Shown here piece by piece: positions 38,521 to 48,624 of a DNA stretch of 63,161 nt. Under the pieces are notes generated by a model. That model saw nothing but the letters and a program-made list of their open reading frames with translations. It had not been told where the DNA came from and searched no databases. The translations under genes and the position numbers were made by a program. Location: sequence record DRR378314_1692; one strand, given 5' to 3'. Positions within the stretch are counted from its first letter, which is position 1. Each line of letters opens with the position of its first letter.

Positions 38521-40101
38521 TCAGAACTGGTTGGCCGAAGCAACCTGCCATTCGGCCGCGTATTCCTCTGGGAGGGGTTCAGCCAGCAATGCACCGTCCT
38601 CCAGAATGCTGTAAAGCTCAGCATAAGACCGCTCTCGCTCATCTGCTGTGCGGCGGTGAATATCGGAAGGCCGCAGGTCAGACACCTTTGCTTTTCCCAT
38701 CGCCCCCAAAATCTCGCGGAAGCTTTCCAAGGTCGCGTCGTGGAACGTGTGTACGCGTTGGCGTTTCTGCGGCACGTTCACGGCCCGCCCACGGATCGGA
38801 TCCTGCGTCGCCACGCCCGAGGGGCAGCGATTGGTATTGCAATGCAACGCCTGAATGCATCCAACCGCAAACATCATCGCCCGCGCCGCGTTGCACATAT
38901 CTGCACCCAGGGCCATTTTTTCGACCATATCGAAGCCGGTCGCGACCTTGCCTGAACAGATGACGCGCACCTTATCGCGCACACCAATCCCGCGCAGGCA
39001 GTTGTTCACAAAGATCAATGCCTCGTTCAGTGGCATACCCAGACGATTGGTAAATTCGACAGGTGCTGCACCGGTGCCCCCCTCGGCACCGTCCACAGTG
39101 ATGAAATCGGGCAAAATCTCTGTCTCAAGCATGGCTTTGCAGATCGCCATGAATTCTGAGGGCTTACCGATACACAGTTTGAAGCCAACCGGCTTTCCAC
39201 CCGACATGTCGCGCAGATGCTGCACAAATTGCATCAGTTCGGTTGGGCCATCAAAGGCCGAATGTGTGGGGGGTGAAATAACATCCTGATGAACTGGAAC
39301 ACCACGAATTTTCGCGATCTCTTCGTCCACCTTTGCGGCAGGCAGCACGCCTCCATGAGACGGCTTTGCGCCTTGCGAAAGTTTGATCTCGATTGCTTTG
39401 ACGACACCATTCTTGGCTTTTTCGGCAAACATGTCCTTGTCGAAACCACCCTCTGGTGTTCGGCAACCAAAATACCCGGTGCCGATCTGCCAGATAATGT
39501 CGCCACCCTCGGCCAGATGATGCGGAGACAACCCACCTTCGCCGGTATTGTGCGCAAATCCACCATCCTTGGCGCCACCATTTAATGCGCGGATCGCATT
39601 GGCGCTCAGCGCGCCAAAGCTCATCGCCGACACGTTCAGGCGCGAGGCGCTATAGGGTTTGTCACACTGAGGCCCACCAAGAATAATCCGTTCTTCGCTT
39701 TCAGCGACATCCTTTGGCGAGAGTGAGTGATTTGCACGATGATAACCAACACTCAGGATATCGTACTGTGTGCCAAATGCCTGCGTATCGACCTGCCCCT
39801 TCGCCCTGGAATAGACCAAGCTGCGGATAATTCGGTTAAATGGCCGGCCGCTTTCGTTGGTTTCTACGAAATATTGTCGGATTTCGGGGCTCACAAATTC
39901 CAGCATGTAACGGAAGTGGCCCAGCACGGGGTAATTGTTCAACACGTTATGCTTGGTCGTTAGCATATCGTACAAACCGACGACGGCGTATGGGATCAAA
40001 ATAACCAACAACCAATAGGCTGGGGACCAAAAGTAACCCCACAGCAAGGTCAGCGGTAAACCCACATAGCTGAGTATATAATATAGCCTGCGAACAATCA
40101 T
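38521..40101 (-). CDS. FMN-binding glutamate synthase family protein (stand-alone, N-terminal TM helices)
   Basis: SAMSFGALS, NTGEGG, EIKLSQGAKP, PVGFKLC, DGAEGGTGAAP, GCIQALHCNTNRCPSGVATQ (3Fe-4S Cys). Confidence 0.92.
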   Translation of the reverse strand: MIVRRLYYILSYVGLPLTLLWGYFWSPAYWLLVILIPYAVVGLYDMLTTKHNVLNNYPVLGHFRYMLEFVSPEIRQYFVETNESGRPFNRIIRSLVYSRAKGQVDTQAFGTQYDILSVGYHRANHSLSPKDVAESEERIILGGPQCDKPYSASRLNVSAMSFGALSANAIRALNGGAKDGGFAHNTGEGGLSPHHLAEGGDIIWQIGTGYFGCRTPEGGFDKDMFAEKAKNGVVKAIEIKLSQGAKPSHGGVLPAAKVDEEIAKIRGVPVHQDVISPPTHSAFDGPTELMQFVQHLRDMSGGKPVGFKLCIGKPSEFMAICKAMLETEILPDFITVDGAEGGTGAAPVEFTNRLGMPLNEALIFVNNCLRGIGVRDKVRVICSGKVATGFDMVEKMALGADMCNAARAMMFAVGCIQALHCNTNRCPSGVATQDPIRGRAVNVPQKRQRVHTFHDATLESFREILGAMGKAKVSDLRPSDIHRRTADERERSYAELYSILEDGALLAEPLPEEYAAEWQVASANQF

Positions 40102-40317
40102 CCCTGACCTCCCTGGGTGGCGTTATATGAGCATAGCCTCGGCTGGATCGTGGACGTGAAGCCCAGCAGTTGACCCTGACCCTGAACCAGATTCAACTGA
40201 ATGTGCAAGACCTTGCTATCATGGTCATGGTTTGGTCCGAGTAAGCGAGTTCAGTTGATCACCCCCGGCGCAAACTGTATGCGGAATAAAACCCGGGTAA
40301 GAGCGAGATCAACCAAA

Positions 40318-40725
40318 GTGTCGCAAACTGCATCTGCAGTCAGACATCGCGCCCTGATGTACACGGCCGTCTTCGTCGGTGGTGCCGCAGGGTCGTTGTT
40401 ACGCGAGCTGTTTTCGGTGACGGTTCCAGGGGCTCCGTTCCTGACGACGACATTCGGGATTAATGTCGTTGCCTGTTTCATCCTTGGCTGGCTCTACGCC
40501 ATTCGCCACAAGGTTCACACCCATGTGCTGCATCTTGGGGCCGTCGGGTTTTGTGGTGGTCTTTCAACCTTTTCGTCATTTGTGGCAGAGTTGGAACGCT
40601 TGGCCGAAGCCAGTGGATGGTCCGTCCTTGTGGCATTCGCGGCTGAAATCGCAGTTGGTCTTGCTGCGGCAGTTTTGGGCGAAACGTTGGGGCGTAAGCA
40701 TTTCCCGCAGGAACACTCAGAATGA
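40318..40725 (+). CDS. crcB: Fluoride channel Fluc/CrcB, first of a tandem pair
   Basis: GGAAGSLLR, INVVACFILG, GFCGGLSTFSSF. Start uncertain (GTG 40318 or ATG 40357). Confidence 0.88.
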   Translation: MSQTASAVRHRALMYTAVFVGGAAGSLLRELFSVTVPGAPFLTTTFGINVVACFILGWLYAIRHKVHTHVLHLGAVGFCGGLSTFSSFVAELERLAEASGWSVLVAFAAEIAVGLAAAVLGETLGRKHFPQEHSE

Positions 40726-41084
40726 ACGAGCTGCAATTGCACGCCATATTTGCATTGGGTGGCGGAGCGGGCGCTGTATTGCGGCACTGGCTGGCGCTGC
40801 GTGTGACGCATGATCTGCCTTTCTCGACACTGATCGTGAATGTTCTGGGCAGCCTTTTTTTAGGTCTGTGGATCGGCTACCTGGGTGGTGCCGCCGAAAT
40901 GAGTGAATACCAAAACAGATTGGTGTTTGGATTCTGCGGCGGGTTTACAACATTTTCCAGCTTTGCCTATCAGTCCCTGCAGTTGCATCGTGAAAGAACC
41001 ATCGCATTGGCGGCTGGGAACATACTGCTCAGTCTGTTTCTGTGCTGGTTTGCGCTTTGGCTGGGGCTTGTCCTGATGGTCTGA
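40722..41084 (+). CDS. crcB: Fluoride channel Fluc/CrcB, second of a tandem pair
   Basis: GGGAGAVLR, TLIVNVLGSLFLG, GFCGGFTTFSSF. ATGA overlap with the first copy. Confidence 0.92.
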   Translation: MNELQLHAIFALGGGAGAVLRHWLALRVTHDLPFSTLIVNVLGSLFLGLWIGYLGGAAEMSEYQNRLVFGFCGGFTTFSSFAYQSLQLHRERTIALAAGNILLSLFLCWFALWLGLVLMV

Positions 41085-41171
41085 CATTTCGACCTGTCGG
41101 CAAAGCTCACTCAGGTACCGATACCGATAATTTACCCTAAAAGGGGGACATTCTTGCGACTTCGACGCAGA

Positions 41172-41492
41172 TCACATCATGTGCATCCGTATGGCCAGAT
41201 TGCCCAGAACCCAGACCGTCCCGCCGATGATTATCAGCAAAACCAGTGTAGAGAAAAGGATCAGGTCCAAGTCTTCCCGGCTGCTACGGCGGCGGTCGAT
41301 GTGCAGAAAATAGACCAACTGCAGAACCAGCTGTGCCAATCCCAAAAGGCCAATGGTTAGATAGACCCCTCTGGTCTCAATCCCGAACTGATAGGCGACA
41401 GCGAACACCACCAAAGTTAGCAGAAGCGATCCACCATACCCGATGACATAGCGGCGGCGCTCGCGCTTATGCATGTCGGCGCGTCTATCCAT
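41172..41492 (-). CDS. cyoD: Quinol oxidase subunit IV
   Basis: Y.IGY..SLLLT, QL..QLVYFLHI, GGTVWV. Last gene of the cyo operon. Confidence 0.88.
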   Translation of the reverse strand: MDRRADMHKRERRRYVIGYGGSLLLTLVVFAVAYQFGIETRGVYLTIGLLGLAQLVLQLVYFLHIDRRRSSREDLDLILFSTLVLLIIIGGTVWVLGNLAIRMHMM

Positions 41493-42117
41493 AAGCCAGC
41501 CCTCCGAAATACACGATTGTAATGATGCCGATCCAGATCAAGTCAAGGAAGTGCCAGAACAGGGCCAGCCGCACCATGCGCGACATCAGCAGATCGGTCA
41601 GGCCGAACACCTTTAGCTGGATGCCCAGTACAATCAGCCACAGACAGCCAGATGCGACATGTAGACCATGCAGCGGGACCAGACCGTAAAAGGCCGAAAG
41701 GAAGCCGCTGCGCTGTGGGACACCGCCCTGCTCTGCCATATTCATGAAATCACGGATCTCTAGTGCCAGAAAGCTGAGCCCAAGGGCCAAGGTCACTCCG
41801 AACCAGAACACGACCCGAGCCCGGGGCAGGTTGTATTTCAGCGCCAGCATTGCCAAACCCACGGTCAGACTGCTGGTCAGCAGGATCAGGGTCTGGGCAA
41901 AGATGCTTTTCAGATCAAACAATTCATGCGGCCCCGGCCCACCGGCCTGTGCATCGATCATCGTGATGTAGATCGCGAACATCAGGCCGAAATAGACAAG
42001 GTCGCTCATCAAGAAGACCCAGAAGCCGAAAGTGACAACCTCGGTCGCCTTATGGGCGCTGGCGTGATCCTCGCCGAGGTTGATCCCTGGATAACTGTGT
42101 CTGGGTGCGCGCTTCAT
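41485..42117 (-). CDS. cyoC: Quinol oxidase subunit III
   Basis: FGFWVFLMSD, LLTSS, SGFLSAF, HGLHV, LFWHFLDLIWI. Confidence 0.92.
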   Translation of the reverse strand: MKRAPRHSYPGINLGEDHASAHKATEVVTFGFWVFLMSDLVYFGLMFAIYITMIDAQAGGPGPHELFDLKSIFAQTLILLTSSLTVGLAMLALKYNLPRARVVFWFGVTLALGLSFLALEIRDFMNMAEQGGVPQRSGFLSAFYGLVPLHGLHVASGCLWLIVLGIQLKVFGLTDLLMSRMVRLALFWHFLDLIWIGIITIVYFGGLAYG

Positions 42118-44204
42118 GTCACCGCCTCCATATCCGGGCGGGCGAGGCCTAGGTTTTCAGGGGTGCTTTCGTGGTCACGATCCACAGCTTTGGTGCTGTG
42201 GGCCAGCTCCAGCCAGGCTTCGTGTTCCTTGCGGACTTCTTCGGCCGGGATGATGAATTCGGTGCTGGTGTCGAAACTCCAGATGATGAAGGCAAGGATC
42301 ATTGCGATCGTCATCAAAGCCGCCAGCCACCAAATCCACCAGACAAGCGCAAACATCCAGACGCCGCTAAGCACGCAAAAGGCGAACCCAATGCCCGTGT
42401 TGCGCGGCATCTCAATATCTTCATAGACCTCCGGCGTGGGATAGGCCGCGCCGCGCTCTTTCGTGGCGGCAAAGTCATCTCGGTCGGTGACGATGGGAAT
42501 AATGGCAAAGTTGTAGGGCGGCGGGGGCGATGGGATCGACCATTCCAGTGTGCGCCCATCCCACGGGTCGCCTATGGGTGCACAGGATTTATCCCGATCA
42601 CGTATGCTGACCCACAGCTGAATCAGGATCGAGAACAACCCGCAAGTGATTACCAACGCACCAATGACTGCGGTGATCATGTAGGGGTGAAAACTGGGAT
42701 CCTCCCAACTGAATGACCGACGGGGCATTCCCATCAGGCCCACGAAATACAGCGGCATGAATGTTAGCAGGAAGCCGACGGTCCAACAGAAGACTGAGAC
42801 ACGGCCCCAAAACTCATTCAGGCGAAACCCGAATGCCTTGGGGAACCAGTAGTTATATGCAGCGAGCAGGCCAAACAGCACGCCCGGAAGCAGCACGTTG
42901 TGGAAATGTGCCACAAGGAACAGCGTGTTGTGGACCTGATAGTCAACTGTGGGATTGGCAAGGACCACGCCACTAAGGCCGCCAATAACGAACAGCATCA
43001 GGAAAGAGAGGCTATAGAGCATCGGGACAGAAAACCGAATGCGACCGCGATAAAGCGTTGCCATCCAATCATAGACCTTCACGCCGGTTGGGATGGCGAT
43101 CAACATCGTCGCAATGCCGAACACTGCGTTGATCAGCGCACTTTGACCCATGGTGAAGAAGTGGTGCAGCCAAACCGTAAACGACATGATCGCAATCGAC
43201 ATCGTCGCGATGACCAGCGAGTTGTAGCCATACAGGCGCTTTGCAGAAAAGGTGGCAAAAACTTCGGAATAAATTCCATAGGCGGGCAAGACCAGCAGAT
43301 AGACCTCGGGGTGGCCGAACAGCCAGAACAGGTTGGCATAGTTCATCATGTTGCCGCCCAGATCATTGGTGAAAAAATGAAAATCCAGGTATCGGTCGGC
43401 GGCCAACAACAATGCGGCGACACCAAGCGGCGGCATGGCGAAGACAATCAGGATCGAGCTGCAGATGATCGTCCAGCAATACATCGGCAGCCGCATGAAT
43501 TTCATCCCCGGCGCGCGTAGCTTGTAGATCGTGACGGCAAAGTTGATACCGGTCAGCGTGGTGCCAACACCCGAAACAACGATTGCCCAAATCCAGTAGT
43601 CCGGCCCCACACCAGGATTGAATGCGGCCCCGGTATAGGGCGGATAAGCGGTCCAACCTCCGGTCGAGAACTCTCCAACCACCAGCGATACCATCAGCAT
43701 CATTCCGGCCGAGACGGTAAGACCAAGGCCGATCTGGTTCATGACCGGAAAAGCAACGTCCCTTGCGCCGATCATCAGCGGCACCAGAAAATTTGCCAAG
43801 CCGAAAACAAAAGGCACGGCCACAAAGAAAATCATTATGGTCCCATGCGTGCTGAACAGTTCGGCAAAATGTTCTGGCGCGAGGAACCCGTCCCCCGGCC
43901 CTGCTGCCTGCTGCGCGCGCATTACCACGCCTTCAAGTACACCGCGTGCCAACATGACGATGGCGAAGACGATATACATGATGCCGATTTTCTTGTGATC
44001 CGCACTGGTCAGCCAATCCCGCCAGAGCGGCCCCCACAGACGGAACCATGTCAGTAGACCGACCACGGCCACGACACCTATGATCACAATGGCAGCGGCG
44101 GCATTCGCGATGATCTCATTCGCGCTGGGGTTCTGGATTAGCCCGGCAATGGGGAATGCGTCCCAAGTCAGGCGACCAAAAAAACCGGTGTCGGAGGATA
44201 TCAT
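42114..44204 (-). CDS. cyoB: Heme-copper quinol oxidase subunit I
   Basis: DHKKIGIMY, HGTIMIFF, GWTAYPP, WLFGHPEVY, VWLHHFF, AHFH, plus the extra N-terminal helix typical of quinol oxidases. Confidence 0.95.
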   Translation of the reverse strand: MISSDTGFFGRLTWDAFPIAGLIQNPSANEIIANAAAAIVIIGVVAVVGLLTWFRLWGPLWRDWLTSADHKKIGIMYIVFAIVMLARGVLEGVVMRAQQAAGPGDGFLAPEHFAELFSTHGTIMIFFVAVPFVFGLANFLVPLMIGARDVAFPVMNQIGLGLTVSAGMMLMVSLVVGEFSTGGWTAYPPYTGAAFNPGVGPDYWIWAIVVSGVGTTLTGINFAVTIYKLRAPGMKFMRLPMYCWTIICSSILIVFAMPPLGVAALLLAADRYLDFHFFTNDLGGNMMNYANLFWLFGHPEVYLLVLPAYGIYSEVFATFSAKRLYGYNSLVIATMSIAIMSFTVWLHHFFTMGQSALINAVFGIATMLIAIPTGVKVYDWMATLYRGRIRFSVPMLYSLSFLMLFVIGGLSGVVLANPTVDYQVHNTLFLVAHFHNVLLPGVLFGLLAAYNYWFPKAFGFRLNEFWGRVSVFCWTVGFLLTFMPLYFVGLMGMPRRSFSWEDPSFHPYMITAVIGALVITCGLFSILIQLWVSIRDRDKSCAPIGDPWDGRTLEWSIPSPPPPYNFAIIPIVTDRDDFAATKERGAAYPTPEVYEDIEMPRNTGIGFAFCVLSGVWMFALVWWIWWLAALMTIAMILAFIIWSFDTSTEFIIPAEEVRKEHEAWLELAHSTKAVDRDHESTPENLGLARPDMEAVT

Positions 44205-45163
44205 TGGCTCGCCTCCTGCCCGAATTCGGCGGTTCCGGGTTGCTTGTCTAGCGGCAGAGGTTCTCCGCTGTGATACCGATGCACGATCGAATGGAACAGA
44301 TCGCCCTCTTCCAGCGTAAAGTACAGCGCATTGAGCGGCATAAGTGGGGTCCCCAAAGCCGCCTGAACCTCATCACGATCCGTGCGCATGGCCAGTGTCC
44401 TGTAAGTGTCTTCGGTCAATGGTATTCCGTGGGCACGAACGCTAGTCACCCAAGCGTTGAAATCCGCGGGTTTCATTGCCTGTGTCATGAATTTCTGCTT
44501 TGTGAAGCCGCGGCCATTGTACTGCGTGTTCTCTCCCTGCATCGCCTCGGGTGAGTCCGCCACCACATGCAGCTGCGTCGTCATGCCGGGCATGGCGTAG
44601 ATCTGGCCTGCCAACGCCGGGATCATGAAAGACTGCATCACCGTATCTGTCGTCAAAGTCATCGCCACCTGTTGTTTTATCGGGATACCCAGCTCTCCTA
44701 CGCTGGCGATGCCGAGGTCAGGGTAGATGAACAACCATTTCCAATCGAGACCAACTACCTGCACGCGTAAGGCGGGTTCCTCTCCGAATGGGGCTGCGTA
44801 GGGATCAAGACGGTGGGTGGCCTTCCAGAGGTAGAAGGACAGGATTGCCACAATCACCATCGGCACCCCCCACATCAGAATCTCAAGCTTCGCCGAGAAG
44901 TCCCAATGCGGTTTATAGGCCGCGTTTCCACCCCTGCGCCGACGATAGCGCAGCGCAATCAGCGGAACCAGGACCAGTACCGGGATCACCGCGATCAGGA
45001 TCAGCGCGGTCGCACGCAAAAGGTGCCTCTTCTGCACCGCCGCAATCGGGCCCTGAGGGTCCATGAAGCTGTCGCTTGCCCCCGCGGCCTGGACCGACAC
45101 CAACAGCGCAACAAGCGTCACGAGGGCGGGTATGGAGACAGAAGACATCCGGGAAAAGCTCAC
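44201..45163 (-). CDS. cyoA: Quinol oxidase subunit II (no CuA site)
   Basis: DPQGPIA, LE..MWGVP, LDWKWLFIYP, VMQSFMIPALAGQIYAMPGM; lacks the CuA CxxxC motif. Start placed at GTG 45163 after AGAGGA (ATG 45148 is an alternative). Confidence 0.9.
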   Translation of the reverse strand: MSFSRMSSVSIPALVTLVALLVSVQAAGASDSFMDPQGPIAAVQKRHLLRATALILIAVIPVLVLVPLIALRYRRRRGGNAAYKPHWDFSAKLEILMWGVPMVIVAILSFYLWKATHRLDPYAAPFGEEPALRVQVVGLDWKWLFIYPDLGIASVGELGIPIKQQVAMTLTTDTVMQSFMIPALAGQIYAMPGMTTQLHVVADSPEAMQGENTQYNGRGFTKQKFMTQAMKPADFNAWVTSVRAHGIPLTEDTYRTLAMRTDRDEVQAALGTPLMPLNALYFTLEEGDLFHSIVHRYHSGEPLPLDKQPGTAEFGQEASQ

Positions 45164-45296
45164 GCCTGATGATCCTCTTGCGGCTGGGGGTTCCCGGCAA
45201 CTATTGGCAGAGTCAGAACTTTTCTCAAGGACTTTTACAAATTTACCCCAACATCCCCCTGTTGACATGCGATCTTTCGCGCGCGAGATCAGTTGT

Positions 45297-46532
45297 ATGC
45301 GTATAGTTTTTGCTATCTTCACCCTTGTTCTGTTGACAGCGCCCTTGTACGCGCAGGATCGCGCCGCAGTTGAACGTCAGTTCCAGAATTGGCTGCAACA
45401 GACCATCTGGCCACAAGCGAAGGCCAAAGGCGTATCGCGGCGCACGTTCCAACAAGCCTTTGATGGGGTGACGCTAAACTGGGACTTGCCGGATCTAGTG
45501 CCTCCGGGCAGCCCTACAAAGACCCCCAAGGCACAGCGTCAGGCCGAGTTTGGCTCGCCCGGCCGGTATTTCAATGCCGGATCGGTACAGGGGGCTACTT
45601 CGGTGGGGCGAAAGATGGCCAGACGCCACGCTCAGACGCTGACGCGCGTTGAGGCTGAAACCGGTGTCCCTGCACGAATAATACTGGCCATTTGGGGCCG
45701 CGAGAGCGGTTATGGCCAGGTCCCGATCCGCCATAATGCCTTTCAAGTTCTTGGCACGAAGGGTTTCATGAGTACGCGGGCCGACTATTTCACCACCGAA
45801 TTGATCGCCGCCCTGCAAATCACCGAAGCCGGCCATGCGCAGGGTAGCACCCTTAAAAGCAGTTGGGCCGGTGCATTGGGGCAACCACAGTTTATGCCCA
45901 CTAATTTTCTGACTTACGCGCGCGACGGCGATGGGGACGGTCGGGCTGATATCTGGGGGTCACCTGCAGATACGATTGCATCGATCGGGGCCTATCTTGA
46001 GAAACACGGCTGGGTTAGCGGTCGCGATTGGGGGTTCGAGGTCAACGTGCCCACTGCGGTCTCTTGCGCTCTTGAGGGGCCTGATCAGGGACGCCTGATC
46101 CGGGATTGGGCCACGATGGGTGTCAGTCGCGTTTCGGGCAAGCCATTTCCGGCACACGAGCTGTCTGCAGAAGGATATCTGATGATGCCTGCCGGGCGCA
46201 GCGGCCCGGCCTTTATCGTCACACCCAATTTTTATGTTCTCAAAGATTACAACACCAGCGATCTATACGCCTTGTTTGTGGGCCATGTCGGCGACCGCAT
46301 TCAATATGGTGTCGGCGATTTTCGTGGCCGCTGGGGGAACGTTGGAAACCTTTACCGATCAGACGTCGCCAGAATGCAGCAGGCGCTTGTTGACCAGGGG
46401 CATGATGTAGGCGGGGTCGATGGCTTGCCCGGATACAAGACCCGACGCTCGATCGGGCGCTGGCAGGAGGCCTCGGGTGATCAACCAACGTGCTTTCCGA
46501 ACGATAGCCTGAAAGCTGTTTTGAAGCCCTGA
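45297..46532 (+). CDS. Lytic murein transglycosylase (MltB/SLT_2 family with C-terminal peptidoglycan-binding domain)
   Basis: Signal peptide, AIWGRESGYG, SWAGALGQPQFMP, DGDGDGRADIW, YN.SDLYAL, DG..G.KTRRSI. Start placed at ATG 45297. Confidence 0.92.
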   Translation: MRIVFAIFTLVLLTAPLYAQDRAAVERQFQNWLQQTIWPQAKAKGVSRRTFQQAFDGVTLNWDLPDLVPPGSPTKTPKAQRQAEFGSPGRYFNAGSVQGATSVGRKMARRHAQTLTRVEAETGVPARIILAIWGRESGYGQVPIRHNAFQVLGTKGFMSTRADYFTTELIAALQITEAGHAQGSTLKSSWAGALGQPQFMPTNFLTYARDGDGDGRADIWGSPADTIASIGAYLEKHGWVSGRDWGFEVNVPTAVSCALEGPDQGRLIRDWATMGVSRVSGKPFPAHELSAEGYLMMPAGRSGPAFIVTPNFYVLKDYNTSDLYALFVGHVGDRIQYGVGDFRGRWGNVGNLYRSDVARMQQALVDQGHDVGGVDGLPGYKTRRSIGRWQEASGDQPTCFPNDSLKAVLKP

Positions 46533-46925
46533 AGCTATACCTGATTCGCCATATTCGAGTGCCGAGGGAAATCTATTCGCCCTTTGCAATATGTAGGGCT
46601 TCACGAAAATGTCATTCAGACAAAGCGTATCAGAATAATATTTCCACACCCCTGCCTGATCCGGTTTCATTCGATCTTTGCAATCCTAATTGAGTCCAAA
46701 ACCCTTTACCTTTGCTTAAAAACCAGCAGATTTTTGCGGCAGTGAAAGACAACTTTCGCAATCAAACATCCGACATTGCCCGGAGCAAAAGGTCTAAAAT
46801 TTGGACTCTGCCGCGATCTAGATCAAGGTGAACGCACCGCAATTGCCGGAAACACATTGGTAGACGGGTGCCCACTGCAAAGCAGCCGGGGCATCCGGCA
46901 CCACAAAAAAATGGGAGTAATCACT

Positions 46926-48554
46926 ATGCAAAAATTAGTCCGTACTTCACTGGCGGGGCTGTTGTCCTCGACCATTATTGCCGGCGCAGCAATCGCAGCT
47001 GGAACACATCCACAGACCGGCGAGGCGCTGGCGGATGATCAAACATTTGTCTATCGCATTTTGGATGAACACAGCTCGGTCGATCCCCAAGTGGTCGAAG
47101 ATGTGTCCGGCGCCGAAATCGTGCGCGACCTATTCGAAGGTCTGATGAACCAGGACGAAGAGGGTAATCTGGTCCCTGGCGCTGCCACCGAGTACACCGT
47201 CAATGACACCAAAGATGTCTACACCTTCAAGCTCCGCGGTGATGCTAAATGGTCGAACGGTGATCCCGTAACTGCAGGCGATTTCGTTTTTGCCTGGAAA
47301 CGCGCTGTCGATCCTGAACTGTCATCGCCCTATGCGTGGTTCATGGAGCTGATGTCGATTGAAAACGCAGCCGACATCATTGCGGGCGACAAATCAGTGG
47401 ATGAGCTGGGCGTCAAAGCCATTGACGACCAAACGCTGGAAGTCCGCCTGAGTGCTCCCCTGCCCTATTTCCCGCAGATGACCACCCACTCGACCACCTT
47501 CCCAGCGCCGCAGAAAGTGATCGAAGAGTTTGGTGACGCTTGGACCAAACCTGAAAACATCGTCTCGAACGGCGCCTATGTTCTGACAGAACACCTTCCG
47601 CAAGAACGCTCAGTACGTGAGCGCAACGATATGTACTGGGATAACGACAATACAATCATCGACAAGGTCGTTGCTTTGGTCATCAACGACGAGAATGTTG
47701 CCCTGACTCGTTATCTGGCGGGTGAGCTGGACCGGACCGAAATTCCCGCTGGTCAGTATCCTCGCCTGAAGGAAGAGCACCCAGAAGAAGCCATCAGCTT
47801 CCCACGCCTGTGCAACTACTATTATACCTTCAATGTCTCTGACAGCGGCCCTGAAGCCTTCAAAGACCCCAATGTTCGCCAAGCTCTGTCGCTGGCTGTG
47901 GATCGTGCGATCATTACCGAGAAGGTTCTGGCAGGCGGTCAGCCTGAGGCCTACACATTCGCGCCCGAAGCAACCGCAAACTTCACCGTACCGGCTGTTG
48001 AAATGGCATCAATGACTCAGGCCGAACGCGATGAACTTGCCAAAGAGCTTCTGGCAGAAGCAGGCTATGGTCCTGATAACCCTCTGAGTTTCCAGATGGT
48101 ATACAACACTGCAGAGAACCACAAAAAAGTCGCGGTTGCTCTGAGCCAGATGTGGAAGCAGAAGCTGGGCGTCAATGCCGAGCTGGCGAACATGGAGTGG
48201 AAAGTCTTCCTGGAAGAGCGCGGCAACCAGAACTTTGAGCTGGCACGCGGTGCATGGTGTGGCGACTACAACGAAGCCTCAACCTTCCTTGATCTGCTGC
48301 AGTCGGATTCCGGGTACAACGACGGTAAATACAACAACGCGCGCGTTGATGAACTGCTGACCGAAGCCAAAACCTCGGACGATCCAGCACCGCTCTATAC
48401 CGAGGTGGAGCGGATCATCGCACAGGAAACTCCTGTGATCCCGATCTATCACTATGCTGGCGTCTACATGATGGACAGCGATGTGGGGAATTGGCCCGTC
48501 AATAACGTCGAGCAGAACTGGTATTCGAAGAATCTTTATAAGATCGCCGAATAA
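46926..48554 (+). CDS. oppA: Oligopeptide ABC transporter substrate-binding protein
   Basis: Signal peptide, DLFEGL, YTFKLR.DAKWSNGDPVTA.DF, SNGAYVL, WCGDYNEASTFL. Start ATG 46926 after GGGAG. Confidence 0.93.
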   Translation: MQKLVRTSLAGLLSSTIIAGAAIAAGTHPQTGEALADDQTFVYRILDEHSSVDPQVVEDVSGAEIVRDLFEGLMNQDEEGNLVPGAATEYTVNDTKDVYTFKLRGDAKWSNGDPVTAGDFVFAWKRAVDPELSSPYAWFMELMSIENAADIIAGDKSVDELGVKAIDDQTLEVRLSAPLPYFPQMTTHSTTFPAPQKVIEEFGDAWTKPENIVSNGAYVLTEHLPQERSVRERNDMYWDNDNTIIDKVVALVINDENVALTRYLAGELDRTEIPAGQYPRLKEEHPEEAISFPRLCNYYYTFNVSDSGPEAFKDPNVRQALSLAVDRAIITEKVLAGGQPEAYTFAPEATANFTVPAVEMASMTQAERDELAKELLAEAGYGPDNPLSFQMVYNTAENHKKVAVALSQMWKQKLGVNAELANMEWKVFLEERGNQNFELARGAWCGDYNEASTFLDLLQSDSGYNDGKYNNARVDELLTEAKTSDDPAPLYTEVERIIAQETPVIPIYHYAGVYMMDSDVGNWPVNNVEQNWYSKNLYKIAE

Positions 48555-48569
48555 TCGTCATTGAACCAC

Positions 48570-48603
48570 GCCCTGTCCCGGATGTCTCTGTTTGGGGCAG
48601 GGC
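48570..48603 (+). other. Intercistronic stem-loop after oppA
   Basis: GCCCTGTCCCGGAT/GTTTGGGGCAGGGC 14-bp stem with G-U pairs; typical post-SBP stabilising hairpin. Confidence 0.55.
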
Positions 48604-48624
48604 CAATAATTATGGGGGCATGAA

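Noticed and set aside
38521-40101. Truncated gltB pseudogene
   Set aside because: The ORF is intact with its own N-terminal TM helices, matching the known stand-alone FMN-binding glutamate synthase family.
45063-45322. Apparent 260-bp head-to-head overlap of cyoA and the transglycosylase
   Set aside because: Artefact of longest-ORF starts. With starts at 45163 (-) and 45297 (+) the genes are separated by a normal divergent intergenic region.
46533-46925. AT-rich ~390-bp gap before oppA as a possible sRNA or small ORF
   Set aside because: No convincing stem/terminator pair or ORF with RBS; consistent with a promoter plus 5' UTR.
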